Shown one piece after another: positions 9,524 to 18,864 of a DNA stretch of 64,000 bases; the first letter of the stretch is position 1; each line of letters begins with the position of its first letter. Made by a program: the position numbers and the translations under genes. Origin of the DNA: Polyangiaceae bacterium (GTDB lineage: Bacteria > Myxococcota_A > Polyangia > Polyangiales > Polyangiaceae); assembly GCA_035622655.1 (NCBI GenBank), contig DASPUY010000274.1, positions 3,320-67,319 of the forward strand, given 5' to 3'. Under the pieces are notes generated by a model. It was given only the letters and a program-made list of their open reading frames with translations. It was not told the origin of the DNA and did no database searches.

Positions 9524-10270
9524 CTAGACCTCCCCGCAGATCCGCTCGACGAGGTACGACGCCACGTCGCTCGGGCGGGTGCCGGGTCCGAACCCGGCGT
9601 CGAACCCGAGCTCGAGGGCGAGCTGATGGTCCACGCGCGGCCCTCCGAACAGCAGCACCACCTCGTTTCGCCAGCCATCCTGTACGAGGCGCTCGACGAG
9701 CGCGCGCCCATTCTCCTTGTGGCAATTGCGCTGCGTGATCACCTGGCTGACCAGGATCGCGTCGGCCTTCAGCGCGCGCGCGCGCGCGACGAGCTGCTCG
9801 TTTTCGACCTGGGCGCCCAGATTGAACACCTCGAATCCCTTGTAGCTCTCGAGCCCCTTGTCGCCCGCGTATCCCTTGAAGTTCAGAATGGCGTCGATGC
9901 CAACCGTGTGGGCGTCGCTCCCGGTGCATGCCCCGACGACTACGATCTTGCGGCCCAGGCCCGCCGAGATGCGCCGTTCGATCTCTTCGCGGGGCAGCGA
10001 TTGTGTTCGACGCTCGGTCACCTGGATGCTCGAGGAATCGACCGAGTGCCGTGAATGGCCGTAAACGACGAAAAATGAATATCCCTCAGCGCACGGCTCC
10101 ATCGTTGCGATCAGTGGATCGGCGAGGCCGTGAAGCTCGGCGAAGCGCTTTGCCGCCTCGCGCGCTTGGGCTCCTGCAGCCAGCGGCAGCACGAAAGAGA
10201 GCTGGACCATGCCATCGTTCTCGCGGTCGCCGTACGCGCGCAGATGCTTCGGAGGAGCAGGTGAAGGCAT
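9524..10270 (-). CDS. kamE: lysine 5,6-aminomutase beta subunit (B12-binding)
   Basis: 248 aa from the internal ATG. A Rossmann-like B12-binding domain carries the DxHxxG motif (GACTGSDAHTVGIDAIL). Size and architecture match KamE, and it sits next to a KamD-like gene. Confidence 0.78.
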   Translation of the reverse strand: MPSPAPPKHLRAYGDRENDGMVQLSFVLPLAAGAQAREAAKRFAELHGLADPLIATMEPCAEGYSFFVVYGHSRHSVDSSSIQVTERRTQSLPREEIERRISAGLGRKIVVVGACTGSDAHTVGIDAILNFKGYAGDKGLESYKGFEVFNLGAQVENEQLVARARALKADAILVSQVITQRNCHKENGRALVERLVQDGWRNEVVLLFGGPRVDHQLALELGFDAGFGPGTRPSDVASYLVERICGEV

Positions 10271-10376
10271 GGCTTCTCCCCTTGTCAGCCTAACGCAGAC
10301 GCCTCGCATGCGCCGTACGACCCGCGCACGAATCCGCAGATGGGCGTGCGATTGGATGAACGGTTTCGGATGAGCT

Positions 10377-11909
10377 CTATCCGCGTTCGAGAGCCGAAAG
10401 TAGTGGATTGACGTAATCGCTCGAACGCTGGACGACGCCCGCGTAACCTTTGCCTCCGGTGCGCGTCCGCTTGACGTCCGCGAATGCGCCGGTGCCGATG
10501 GCTTCCCAGATGGATTCCCTCTTCACCTCGAGCAGCAAGGCGAGCGCCTCGTCGAGCACCTGAATGGCGCGGCGCGCAATGATGCCGTCCCGCCTGAACT
10601 CGATCTCTTCGCCGAGGTGTTTGCAAGCGCCGTGGACGTAACGAGTAGCCTTGAGCGCGAGGTATCGATCCATCAGCAAGGGATTGTGGATCGCCTCGCT
10701 GAACATGCCGAGCAGCTCGATGTTCTGTTTCGTCATTACACCAACGAGGTCGAAGAGCGTGTCGTGCACATGCGCGAAGAAGATGTCGCCCGTCTTGTGC
10801 TTGGTCGGGGGCATCCACTTGATCGGGTGCCTGTCGAAGATCTGACGGACGAGCTGTGCCTGCGCGATTTCCAGCAAGAAGGAGTCTTCGAGCCACGGGT
10901 CGATCTCGTACGCATGGCCCAGTCCCATTTGCTCCTCTTTCAGTCCGGCGCGTAAAGCGAAAGCTTCGTTGATGAACTGACTGGCGAGGACGGTGTGCGC
11001 CTTCTCGACGGCGTTCGCCGTCGTCAAGTAGTTGTCCTCGCCGGTGTTGATCACGATTCCAGCCCGCGCGACCAGGCGGCGCGACACGTATTGATCGACG
11101 AAGGTGCGGCACATGTTGATGTCGCGAAACAAGATGCCGTACATGGCGTCGTTGAGGAGCATGTCCAGGCGTTCGACGGCGGCCATCCAAGCGATCTCCG
11201 CCATGCACAGGCCGGAGGAGTAATTCGTCTGCATCACGTAGCGGCCGTGCGCTTCGCCGAACTCGTCGAGCGCGCGCCGGATGATCCGGAAGTTGTCTTG
11301 AGTGGCAAACGTCCCCCCGTAGCCCTCGGTCGTCGCTCCCTGAGGCACGTAATCGAGGAGCGATTGGGCCGTCGCACGAATGACGGCCACGATGTCTGCT
11401 CCTGCGTGCGCCGCGGCTTTTGCCTGCACCGCATCGTCGTAGATGTTGCCGGTTGCGACGATGACGTACTTCAGAGGCGGAGGCCCGGGAGGTAGCCGGA
11501 GCTTGAGCGCCTCGCGCTCCTCGCGAGCACGATCGATGCGCTGCAGGGCCGCCTCCGTATGGGGCTTCAGCGCTGTGCACACCGCATCGCTGCCCGGTCC
11601 TTCGTCCGACCGATCGAGCTCGGGTGCGAAGGCCAGCCGCTCTGCGGCATCCTGCGGCGTCTTTGCGCCAGCGAGAAGCGCGCGGCCGAGAAAATGAGCG
11701 ATCCCACGTCCCAGCAGACCTGCGTCCGCGTAGCGATCGACCGCAATGTTGACCAGCGGCACGCCGTCGCCATCCACCCCCTCGGCACCGTATGCACGAA
11801 GGATTGTCCGTTCCACTCCCACTGTCGTGTGCGCGTCGATGTAGCGCTGCACGTCGTCGGCAATCTCGGCGGCAAGGTCGCGGCAGCGCGCCACCTTGCC
11901 GGCATCCAT
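10377..11909 (-). CDS. kamD: lysine 5,6-aminomutase alpha subunit
   Basis: Start at the internal ATG 11909 (MDAGKVARCRDLAAEIADDVQRYIDAHTTVGVERTILR...), giving 510 aa, the KamD size. TIM-barrel-like body. The 163 codons upstream in the track ORF are Arg/Gly-rich and were rejected. Confidence 0.78.
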   Translation of the reverse strand: MDAGKVARCRDLAAEIADDVQRYIDAHTTVGVERTILRAYGAEGVDGDGVPLVNIAVDRYADAGLLGRGIAHFLGRALLAGAKTPQDAAERLAFAPELDRSDEGPGSDAVCTALKPHTEAALQRIDRAREEREALKLRLPPGPPPLKYVIVATGNIYDDAVQAKAAAHAGADIVAVIRATAQSLLDYVPQGATTEGYGGTFATQDNFRIIRRALDEFGEAHGRYVMQTNYSSGLCMAEIAWMAAVERLDMLLNDAMYGILFRDINMCRTFVDQYVSRRLVARAGIVINTGEDNYLTTANAVEKAHTVLASQFINEAFALRAGLKEEQMGLGHAYEIDPWLEDSFLLEIAQAQLVRQIFDRHPIKWMPPTKHKTGDIFFAHVHDTLFDLVGVMTKQNIELLGMFSEAIHNPLLMDRYLALKATRYVHGACKHLGEEIEFRRDGIIARRAIQVLDEALALLLEVKRESIWEAIGTGAFADVKRTRTGGKGYAGVVQRSSDYVNPLLSALERG

Positions 11910-11950
11910 CGGGACGGCTGCCACAGAGGTTTCATTTGCCACGAAGCTCG

Positions 11951-12622
11951 TCAATTCATCAAGAGGACCACCGCATGGATCAGAAGTCCTCCCGCGAAGA
12001 GAGCTCGAGCGGCCGCCCGCCATGGGGGATTGGGCCCGCCGAGGGCCAGGTAGCTCAGCGCTCCCACCATCGCGATGGCCGCTGCATTCAGCCCGGCCAG
12101 CGTCCGCGTGGGGGGCGAGTCTTCGGTGCCCAGCGCCGCGCGCACGGACGCCGCGTGGTCCTCTGGTTCGGGCACGCCCGGCACGGTCGCGCTGCCGCTG
12201 CCACCGCGGCGAGCGGCAATCCGTGCCACTCCTTCTTCGGCCGCTCCGCGCCACGACGCCTCGTTCGAGCCGATTGCCCGTGCCGAGAGAGCGGCGGCGC
12301 GCAGCGCCCCGTATGCCATGAGCGCGGTGTCGTCGTCCCCCCGGAGCTCGGCCTGGTGAGCAAGCTCTCCCAACCGCCGGGCCGCGCGCGCGGGCCACGG
12401 GCTACCGGGCAGCTGCGCTCGAGCCGCCGCTCGGGCGTGAGCGATTGCGTCAGGCCAATCTCCACGCGCGGCGTCGCGATCGGCTGCCGCGAGCTGTTCG
12501 TGCCCGAGCGTCGCCTCGCGCGACGCGAGCACCGCGACCGACGCGAGAGTCATCGCAAATCCAAGGGCCACGGCGCGTACGAGCACGGAGCTCACCGGAG
12601 CTCCCGGGTCATGAAAAGTCAC
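11951..12622 (-). CDS. hypothetical membrane protein (N- and C-terminal TM helices, helical Ala/Arg-rich middle)
   Basis: GTG at 12622 overlaps the upstream gene by 14 nt. An alternative in-frame GTG at 12595 is preceded by GGGAG. No family recognised. Confidence 0.45.
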   Translation of the reverse strand: MTFHDPGAPVSSVLVRAVALGFAMTLASVAVLASREATLGHEQLAAADRDAARGDWPDAIAHARAAARAQLPGSPWPARAARRLGELAHQAELRGDDDTALMAYGALRAAALSARAIGSNEASWRGAAEEGVARIAARRGGSGSATVPGVPEPEDHAASVRAALGTEDSPPTRTLAGLNAAAIAMVGALSYLALGGPNPPWRAAARALFAGGLLIHAVVLLMN

Positions 12623-13568
12623 GCCGTCGAAATGCGATCGAGCCGATGACGAGCAGCGCGGTGGCGTATGCGACGGCTTGAAGGGCGGCCATCGAGACGT
12701 AACTCCAGACGCGTTGCCCGACGACCTGTCCCAAGAGCAACGAGCGCGCCGGCACGTACACGTGCAGGTTCGGGACTAGGCGCGCAAGTCCTGCGCCGAA
12801 TGCCGTCATCGTGCTGCCGAATAGCTTCTTGGGCAGGTGCGCCAGCGTATCGGCGCTGCGTCCGATGACGACGACCATGAAGGTGCAAGTTGCAGTGAGA
12901 AAGGGCGACGAGAAAGAGGCGAATAGCGTGGCCACCGCGGCGATGATGCCAACCTCGAAGACGGCGAGCACCGCCGATGCGGTCACGAGCTGGCGCTCGT
13001 CGGCCGACCCGGTTGCAATCGTCCATGCCGCGACCGAGAGGGCGAACGCCCACGGGATGATGACGAAAACGTCCAGTCGGCGCAGCCACGCCGTCGTGGC
13101 GCCGAGCCCTCCAGCGAAGACCGCGGCCACGGCGCCGATCTTCCAGGGGGCGATACCCGCTTCCAACGTCAGCAGCATGAGCGTTGCCGCTGCGTCGAGC
13201 GCGATGAAGACGGCGACGGTCAGCACGGTTCCGAGGTACTTTCCGACCAGATACTCCCAGCGGAAAATTGGACGGGAGAGGATGGGAAAGACGGTCCTGT
13301 ACTCGACCTCTCGATAGAGCGACGTCGACCCCAGCACGATGGCGATGACGATGCCGAAGAGCGAGGCGGAGGCGGCGCCCAGATCGGCGACGACGCGCTC
13401 CTCGTTGTGCGCGGACATTGCAGCGACGACGACCGAGTACACGCAGGCGGCTTGGCCCAGCGCAAAAACCCCGAGCATCAGGCGCGTGCGGACCGCTTCG
13501 CGGTACGTGCCGAGCGCGATGGTGGCGATGCGATCGATCGACGCCCTCACGCGAACCGTACCCGTCAC
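12609..13568 (-). CDS. ABC-2 family (NosY-like) transporter permease, no cognate ATPase in window
   Basis: Start set at GTG 13568, which forms a GTGA overlap with the stop of the upstream gene. Six or more TM helices. The YREVEYRTVFPILSRPIFRWEYLVGKYLG block is typical of ABC-2/NosY-like permeases. Confidence 0.62.
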   Translation of the reverse strand: MTGTVRVRASIDRIATIALGTYREAVRTRLMLGVFALGQAACVYSVVVAAMSAHNEERVVADLGAASASLFGIVIAIVLGSTSLYREVEYRTVFPILSRPIFRWEYLVGKYLGTVLTVAVFIALDAAATLMLLTLEAGIAPWKIGAVAAVFAGGLGATTAWLRRLDVFVIIPWAFALSVAAWTIATGSADERQLVTASAVLAVFEVGIIAAVATLFASFSSPFLTATCTFMVVVIGRSADTLAHLPKKLFGSTMTAFGAGLARLVPNLHVYVPARSLLLGQVVGQRVWSYVSMAALQAVAYATALLVIGSIAFRRRDFS

Positions 13569-14182
13569 CTGTTTGCTCGCATCCCTGGCCCGTCCGATCC
13601 CATCACGACCCCGCGCAGGCGATCGAGCACCGAAAGCGCGGCGATGCGGACGCGATCCTCGAACATGTCTCTGAGAATCCCCGGCCCGATATCGATGAGT
13701 ATTCCGTACGTCACCAGCGCGCGTCCGTCGTCGTGCGGCTGCGCGCGCAGAAATCCCCATGCGTCTTCGATGTCGTGGGGGCGATGCGTGTCCATCCAGA
13801 ACCGAATTTCACCGCCTTCGCGACGCACGCGCAACGTGTACGTTGCGGAAATGAGAGCTGTTCCCTGATTGATCTCGACGAGGGCATCGCCGCCGGCCGT
13901 ACCGACTCGGTGGGCCGATCGGACGCGCGGAAGGATGCGCCTCCAGATCTCCGTGTTCGCTGCCAGATTGGCAATCTGGTCGGCCGGCGCATCGACGAGC
14001 GCGTATGCGACGCCACCGACGTAGCGTCGCCCGGAGCTCTCCCACGCCTCGTCCCGGACGATCGTCTGGCCATGGATGAGGCGGTCAGCTTCGACGATCG
14101 TCAGATGGTCGGCGTGCGCGTCGGCGGCGGCGAGCACGATCGCGGATGCGGCGAACGCGAGGGCAACGGCAGAAGCGCGCAC
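13565..14182 (-). CDS. secreted SRPBCC/START-like (polyketide cyclase/dehydrase fold) protein
   Basis: The in-frame GTG at 14182 gives a signal peptide (RASAVALAFAASAIVLAAADAHA). The body resembles the SRPBCC ligand-binding fold (...EINQGTALISATYTLRVRREGGEIRFWMDT...). Start and family are both tentative. Confidence 0.45.
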   Translation of the reverse strand: MRASAVALAFAASAIVLAAADAHADHLTIVEADRLIHGQTIVRDEAWESSGRRYVGGVAYALVDAPADQIANLAANTEIWRRILPRVRSAHRVGTAGGDALVEINQGTALISATYTLRVRREGGEIRFWMDTHRPHDIEDAWGFLRAQPHDDGRALVTYGILIDIGPGILRDMFEDRVRIAALSVLDRLRGVVMGSDGPGMRANR

Positions 14183-14244
14183 GACCCTCGAGGTTAAGAA
14201 GCCCGGAACCTTCGCGCAAGCTGCGCAGGCGGCCCCGAGCGCCG

Positions 14245-15330
14245 TCAGCCGTCGGGCGACGGCGGAGCGCCCTCGGTGCTTGGCCTGCGCTCGCTGGTCG
14301 CGGCGCCGTCGGCGGGCCGATCTCTTGCGGCTACGCGGTCCGGAGGCGAGCCGGCGCCTGCGTCCCAGCGCAGTGGGATCAGGCGCACGCGCCTTCCCGT
14401 CGTGACTTCCACGCTGTCGGGCGCTTCGTGCAAGTCGCCGTCGATCATGTAGCGAAGAGGAGGTGTCGCGCTCCGGACGAGCATGCGATCCGACACGGCG
14501 TCGTAAGCCTTGCCTTCTCGCATGGGCCGGGCCGCCAGGATGCGCGGCAGCTCCACGACGAACGAAGTCGGCGGCGCATGGATGCCGAGGACGTGAAATG
14601 CGCCCTGTCGCTCGGCGAATCGGTAAAATGGCTGGAAGCCGAGCCCGATGTGCGCGATCGTTCCGGCCGCCAGGGCCAGGTAATCGCGCTCTGGCCAGGC
14701 CGACCCGTCGGCGAACGCGACGGTGCCCCGGAAGGGTGCGGCGATTCGACGGATCAACTCCGTCCCCAGGACGGCGCTTCCCACGCCCCGTGCGAGCGTC
14801 GTCGCCGCGGTCCAGGGTGAAGAGGCTCCCGCAGCGTAGTATTCGGCCAGGTAGCCGTAGACCACGCCAGCGCCGAAAAGAAAGCCGCTGCGCGCACGGG
14901 CTTCCCCGATTGCCCGTATGCTCATGACGTCGCGCTCGACGCACGCGAGGGGCTCGCGCCGGGCGGCGCTGTAGCTCCGGACGAGGTTCGTGAGCAATTT
15001 CTCCGGCGCGCGACGTGGAACTCCGACGGAGTTGGCCAAAGTATTCATCGTGCCTCCCCGGAGCAGCGCGACCGCCGGCAGCGCCGCCGCGCCGTACACC
15101 TCGAGAAACCCGGTCAGCGTCACCGTGTTGGTGCCGTCTCCACCGCAGATCGCGAGCACATCGATTCCTGTCCGAAGGAATTCCTCCGCGATGCGATGGA
15201 GCTCGTCGACGGAGCGGGCTTCTCGGACGACCCCCGCGTCGCCAATGCGGTGCCGGAGCAGGGACGCCGTCTCCGGACGACGGAGGTTACGGCGGCTCCT
15301 GGGGTTCATCACGACGCCGATTCCGGGCAT
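14245..15330 (-). CDS. diacylglycerol/lipid kinase family protein (DAGK catalytic domain)
   Basis: Start at the internal ATG (MPGIGVVMNPRSRRN). The GGDGT motif is present (DVLAICGGDGTNTV), followed by LRGGTMNTLA. Confidence 0.8.
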   Translation of the reverse strand: MPGIGVVMNPRSRRNLRRPETASLLRHRIGDAGVVREARSVDELHRIAEEFLRTGIDVLAICGGDGTNTVTLTGFLEVYGAAALPAVALLRGGTMNTLANSVGVPRRAPEKLLTNLVRSYSAARREPLACVERDVMSIRAIGEARARSGFLFGAGVVYGYLAEYYAAGASSPWTAATTLARGVGSAVLGTELIRRIAAPFRGTVAFADGSAWPERDYLALAAGTIAHIGLGFQPFYRFAERQGAFHVLGIHAPPTSFVVELPRILAARPMREGKAYDAVSDRMLVRSATPPLRYMIDGDLHEAPDSVEVTTGRRVRLIPLRWDAGAGSPPDRVAARDRPADGAATSERRPSTEGAPPSPDG

Positions 15331-15505
15331 GGGCGACCGATATGATCCGGCGACTCTGCTACAGTCAACGTCCAATCTCGCGATTGTCGTGTTCTTCGCG
15401 TCGTCGCGTCGCGGTGGCGGCGACGCGCCGACGCGACGCGCTTGAGCCGCCAGCGGGCGAGGGCTCGCTTGCGATCCACGGCGGACGTGTCATCGAGGGG
15501 GGGTC

Positions 15506-16432
15506 ATGGATGTGCAGGTCCAGGTCGCGGCCGCGCGCACCCACGTGCTGGCCGTGCCGGTCCCCGACCGCGTGACGCTGGAGGTCACGGGTCACGATCG
15601 GGTGACGTGGCTCAACGGCCTCGTGACGTGCGACCTGGGCAAGCTACCCGCGGACGAAGCGCGCTACGGCCTGTTCGTGGCGCGGAGCGGTCGCGTGCTT
15701 GCGGACGCGTTGATTGCGGCCGATGACGTGGGGGTGCTCGTCTCCGTTCCGGGGGCAGTCGCCCGGACGCTCCTGGAGCATCTCGACCATTACCGAGTCA
15801 TGGAGGATGCGGAGCTCGTCGATCGCACGAATGAGATGGCCGCGTGGGAGGTGCACGGGCCCCGGGCCGCCGAGGTCCTCGCCGAGGCCCGTTCCGCGGG
15901 CGCTCGCGGCGGGCTGATCGATCGGACGGAGCTGGGCGGGGCGATCCTTTTTCTCCAGCGGGACGCTGCGCCCGACCCTCGGACCGTCGTCGCCGATGCC
16001 GTTGCCCGCGCCCGCGGAGCGCTCGGGGATCAGGCCGGTTGGCAAGCCCTGCGACTCGAGCGGGGCGTACCCGAGTTCGGCGCGGATTTCGGCGAGACCA
16101 CCTACCCTCAGGAGGCAGGGCTCGAGAAGATCGCGGTCAGCTTCCAGAAGGGCTGCTATCTGGGTCAGGAGGTCGTTTGCATGCTGGAGATGCGTGGCCA
16201 CGTGAAGCGCCGGCTCGCGTCGTTGGTGCTCGACGCGGGGTCGCCTCCTCCGATCCATGCAGCGGTGGTCGACGACGCCGGCGAGCCATCGGGAGAGGTG
16301 ACCAGCGCGTGCTACTCGCCGACGTTGGGCAGGCCGGTGGCCCTTGCCATGCTCAAGCGAGCAGCCGCCGAAGTGGGACGGGTCGTCACCGTCGGCTCCA
16401 TACGAGCCGAAGTGGTCCGACGCCCTGCGTGA
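15506..16432 (+). CDS. ygfZ: YgfZ/GcvT-like folate-binding protein
   Basis: 308 aa. Motifs seen: VTGHDRVTWLNGLVTCD, WQALRLERGVPEFGADFGETTYPQEAGLEKIAVSFQKGCYLGQEVV. Confidence 0.8.
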   Translation: MDVQVQVAAARTHVLAVPVPDRVTLEVTGHDRVTWLNGLVTCDLGKLPADEARYGLFVARSGRVLADALIAADDVGVLVSVPGAVARTLLEHLDHYRVMEDAELVDRTNEMAAWEVHGPRAAEVLAEARSAGARGGLIDRTELGGAILFLQRDAAPDPRTVVADAVARARGALGDQAGWQALRLERGVPEFGADFGETTYPQEAGLEKIAVSFQKGCYLGQEVVCMLEMRGHVKRRLASLVLDAGSPPPIHAAVVDDAGEPSGEVTSACYSPTLGRPVALAMLKRAAAEVGRVVTVGSIRAEVVRRPA

Positions 16433-16436
16433 GGGT

Positions 16437-17417
16437 ATGAGGCCGCGCGTGAGTCTGATTTCCGTGCGGAGACATGCGAGGTCTCGCTCGTGGGCCTGCG
16501 TCGTCGCCGCTGCGACACAGGTCGCATGTGTGCCCAAGGCCCGCTACGACCAGTGCGTTTCGGATTCGACCGAGCTTCGAGCCCGCGCCGATGCGCAGCA
16601 GAGGCAGGATGCAGCGCAATTGCAGTACCTTTCGCAGCAGCTGGCCCAGGCCCAGGCCGGCGTGCAGGACCGCGATGGGAGGCTGAACGACCTTTCGACG
16701 CAAGACCACAACCTGCAGGCGCATCTCGACGAAGCGACGGCCATCAATCAGCAGCTGCGAGTCGAGCTGCAGCGCCTCGGCACCGACGTCGACAAGATGC
16801 TCGCCGAACGAGGAACGCTGGCGAACGCGCTTCAGGACGCCAAGGTGCGCCTCGAGGAGCTCCGGAAAGCGCAGGCGGTCGGCGAAGCGCGCGTTCAGCT
16901 TTTTCGCGATCTCGAAAAAAGGTTCAGCCCCCTCGTCGATTCGGGCCAGCTGCGCATCGAATCGAGGCGGGGTGAGCTTGTCATGAACGTTCAGGGCGAT
17001 CTGCTGTTCGAGGAAGGGCGTTCGGACATTCGCGAGGCCGGCAAGGGGGTCCTCATGGAGATCGCCCGCGCGATCGAGGTCACCTCGCCGCCGTCGAGCG
17101 GCCGGCGTTTTTTGGTGACTGCAAACACCGACGAGGACGAAAAGGAGCCGCTCAGGAGTGGAGCGTCGCGCCGTTCGTCGGCCACCTCGTGGGAGCTGAC
17201 GGCGTCCCGCTCCGTTGCAGTCGTGCAGTTTCTCGTGTCCGTCGGGGTTTCACCGGCGTCGCTCACGGCTGCTGCGGCCGGCTCTTTCGATCCGGTCGTG
17301 GCAAACGACGACCCCAGAAACCGGGCGAAGAACCGTCGCGTCGAGATTGCGTTGTTGCCGTCGGCCTCGATCGATGCATCGCGCCCGTCGCCTCAGGCGG
17401 CGCGTGACGCTCGCTGA
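16437..17417 (+). CDS. OmpA/MotB-domain protein with long coiled coil
   Basis: ATG at 16437 is preceded by GAGGG. An N-terminal Cys-containing signal is followed by a Gln/Leu-rich coiled coil. The C-terminal OmpA-like domain has FEEGRSDIREAGKGVL, WELTASRSVAVVQFL and NRAKNRRVEI. Confidence 0.75.
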   Translation: MRPRVSLISVRRHARSRSWACVVAAATQVACVPKARYDQCVSDSTELRARADAQQRQDAAQLQYLSQQLAQAQAGVQDRDGRLNDLSTQDHNLQAHLDEATAINQQLRVELQRLGTDVDKMLAERGTLANALQDAKVRLEELRKAQAVGEARVQLFRDLEKRFSPLVDSGQLRIESRRGELVMNVQGDLLFEEGRSDIREAGKGVLMEIARAIEVTSPPSSGRRFLVTANTDEDEKEPLRSGASRRSSATSWELTASRSVAVVQFLVSVGVSPASLTAAAAGSFDPVVANDDPRNRAKNRRVEIALLPSASIDASRPSPQAARDAR

Positions 17418-17451
17418 CGAGCCAGCGCCGCTGCCAGAGCGGTTCGGCCCC

Positions 17452-18864
17452 TCACCTCTCGACGATACCTCCGGCCGCAGGCAGTGCCTCCCAGCGCAGC
17501 GCCTCGCCCACCTCGCTGGAGATCTTCTTGGCGAGCCATGGGCGGGCGATGGGCATGATGAAAAGACCGCTCCCTTCGTCCTGGCCTCCCGAGCCTCGCT
17601 TCACTTTTCCGGTCGAGAAAAACGAGACCAGGCGCCCGTCGGGGCTGCATGCCGCGTAGGTGTTCGCGCCCTCGTGCTGCGTCAGGCGGCGAACGTTGCC
17701 GCCATTGCTGTCCGAAGCCACGATGTCGGCGCCGCTGCCGACGCCCACGGTATAGATCACGAGGAGTCCTTGCGGCGTATCGCAGAAGACGGGCGCGCTT
17801 GCCATGAAGCCGGGCGGAGAGATCGGGGTCTCCCCGAGGTAGACACGCTGCATCGGAGTGCCCGCGACGTAGGCCATCTTGCCGAGGGGACCGAAGACCG
17901 GGTGATTGGCGAAGGGCTTCGCACCTGCCTGTTCGAGGGCTCCGCGCGCGCCGATCCAGAGCTCGCTTCGCCCTTCCGTCATCACGGTCAGGGCCATCCG
18001 AGCGTGGTCGGCGCTGAATGCGACTCCGAGGATCGAGCCCGGAATCGCGAGCGGAACCGGAGTGGCATTGGGCCCGAACGCCAGACGGAAGGGCGAATAA
18101 TCCCGCGAAAGCGCATAAAAAACCTGATCGTTGGGGCCGAATGCCGGAGAGACTGCCGTTGCGTCGCTCGGCCCGATGGGCCTCAGATCGAACCCGTCCG
18201 AGTCGATGGCGAACACGCGTCGCCATCGGCCGACCTTCTGGGCGTAGACCATTTCGCTCGCGAATCCCCCGGGGCGGCCCGTGAGGGCGCCGAGAAGCAG
18301 ATCGACGAGACGGTGCGAGGCGGCGCGCACCTCGGTCGTTACCGTGGCCATCGCCACCCGAAACGCGGGACGGGCCTCCACCGTGGGCGCGCTCGGAGCC
18401 CGCGTGGGGGTCACGTAGGCCTCGCCGACCAGCTGCGTCTTGATCGAGTCGTTCGGGGCCGGCTCGGCGAACACACGAAGGACGTACTCGGCTCCCTGCG
18501 CGCGCCAGGCTCCGAGATCCAGGGGCGTCGCGTGCAGGAAGGGTCCCGGAGGCGACGTGCCTTCATCCATGACGTCGAACTGCCCGCTCAGCTCCATGTC
18601 GCGGCGAACGACGAGAACGACGATGCTGTCGGCCGTGCCGGTACTGACGATGGGCACCACCGCCAGCTTTGGGAGTGGGGGCAACCCCGCGGATCCATTG
18701 ACCTCGACGGTTCCGAGCAAACTCTCGTCAGGTTGCGTCGGGCTGGCCGAAGCGGCGGGCGCAGGGGCGGCCTGCTGCGGATCGTCCGCGGAGCTCGAGC
18801 GACCGGCGAATGCCGCTGCTGCGAGCGCCCCGAAGGCGGCGAGACCCGCGAGGGCCCGTTTCAT
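17452..18864 (-). CDS. tolB: Tol-Pal system beta-propeller protein TolB
   Basis: Start chosen at ATG 18864 (MKRALAGLAAFGALAAAAFA), which makes an ATGA overlap with the tolA-like stop; ATG 18870 is also possible. C-terminal WD-like repeats are present (SPAFGPNDQVFYAL, AFSADHARMALT, ACSPDGRLVSFFS). It follows tolQRA. Confidence 0.82.
   Translation of the reverse strand: MKRALAGLAAFGALAAAAFAGRSSSADDPQQAAPAPAASASPTQPDESLLGTVEVNGSAGLPPLPKLAVVPIVSTGTADSIVVLVVRRDMELSGQFDVMDEGTSPPGPFLHATPLDLGAWRAQGAEYVLRVFAEPAPNDSIKTQLVGEAYVTPTRAPSAPTVEARPAFRVAMATVTTEVRAASHRLVDLLLGALTGRPGGFASEMVYAQKVGRWRRVFAIDSDGFDLRPIGPSDATAVSPAFGPNDQVFYALSRDYSPFRLAFGPNATPVPLAIPGSILGVAFSADHARMALTVMTEGRSELWIGARGALEQAGAKPFANHPVFGPLGKMAYVAGTPMQRVYLGETPISPPGFMASAPVFCDTPQGLLVIYTVGVGSGADIVASDSNGGNVRRLTQHEGANTYAACSPDGRLVSFFSTGKVKRGSGGQDEGSGLFIMPIARPWLAKKISSEVGEALRWEALPAAGGIVER

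Noticed and set aside
10285-12398. 431-aa ORF 10285..11580 and the 163-codon N-terminal extension of the kamD ORF
   Set aside because: These are Arg-rich shadow frames. KamD homology begins only at the internal ATG 11909, which gives the expected ~510-aa size.
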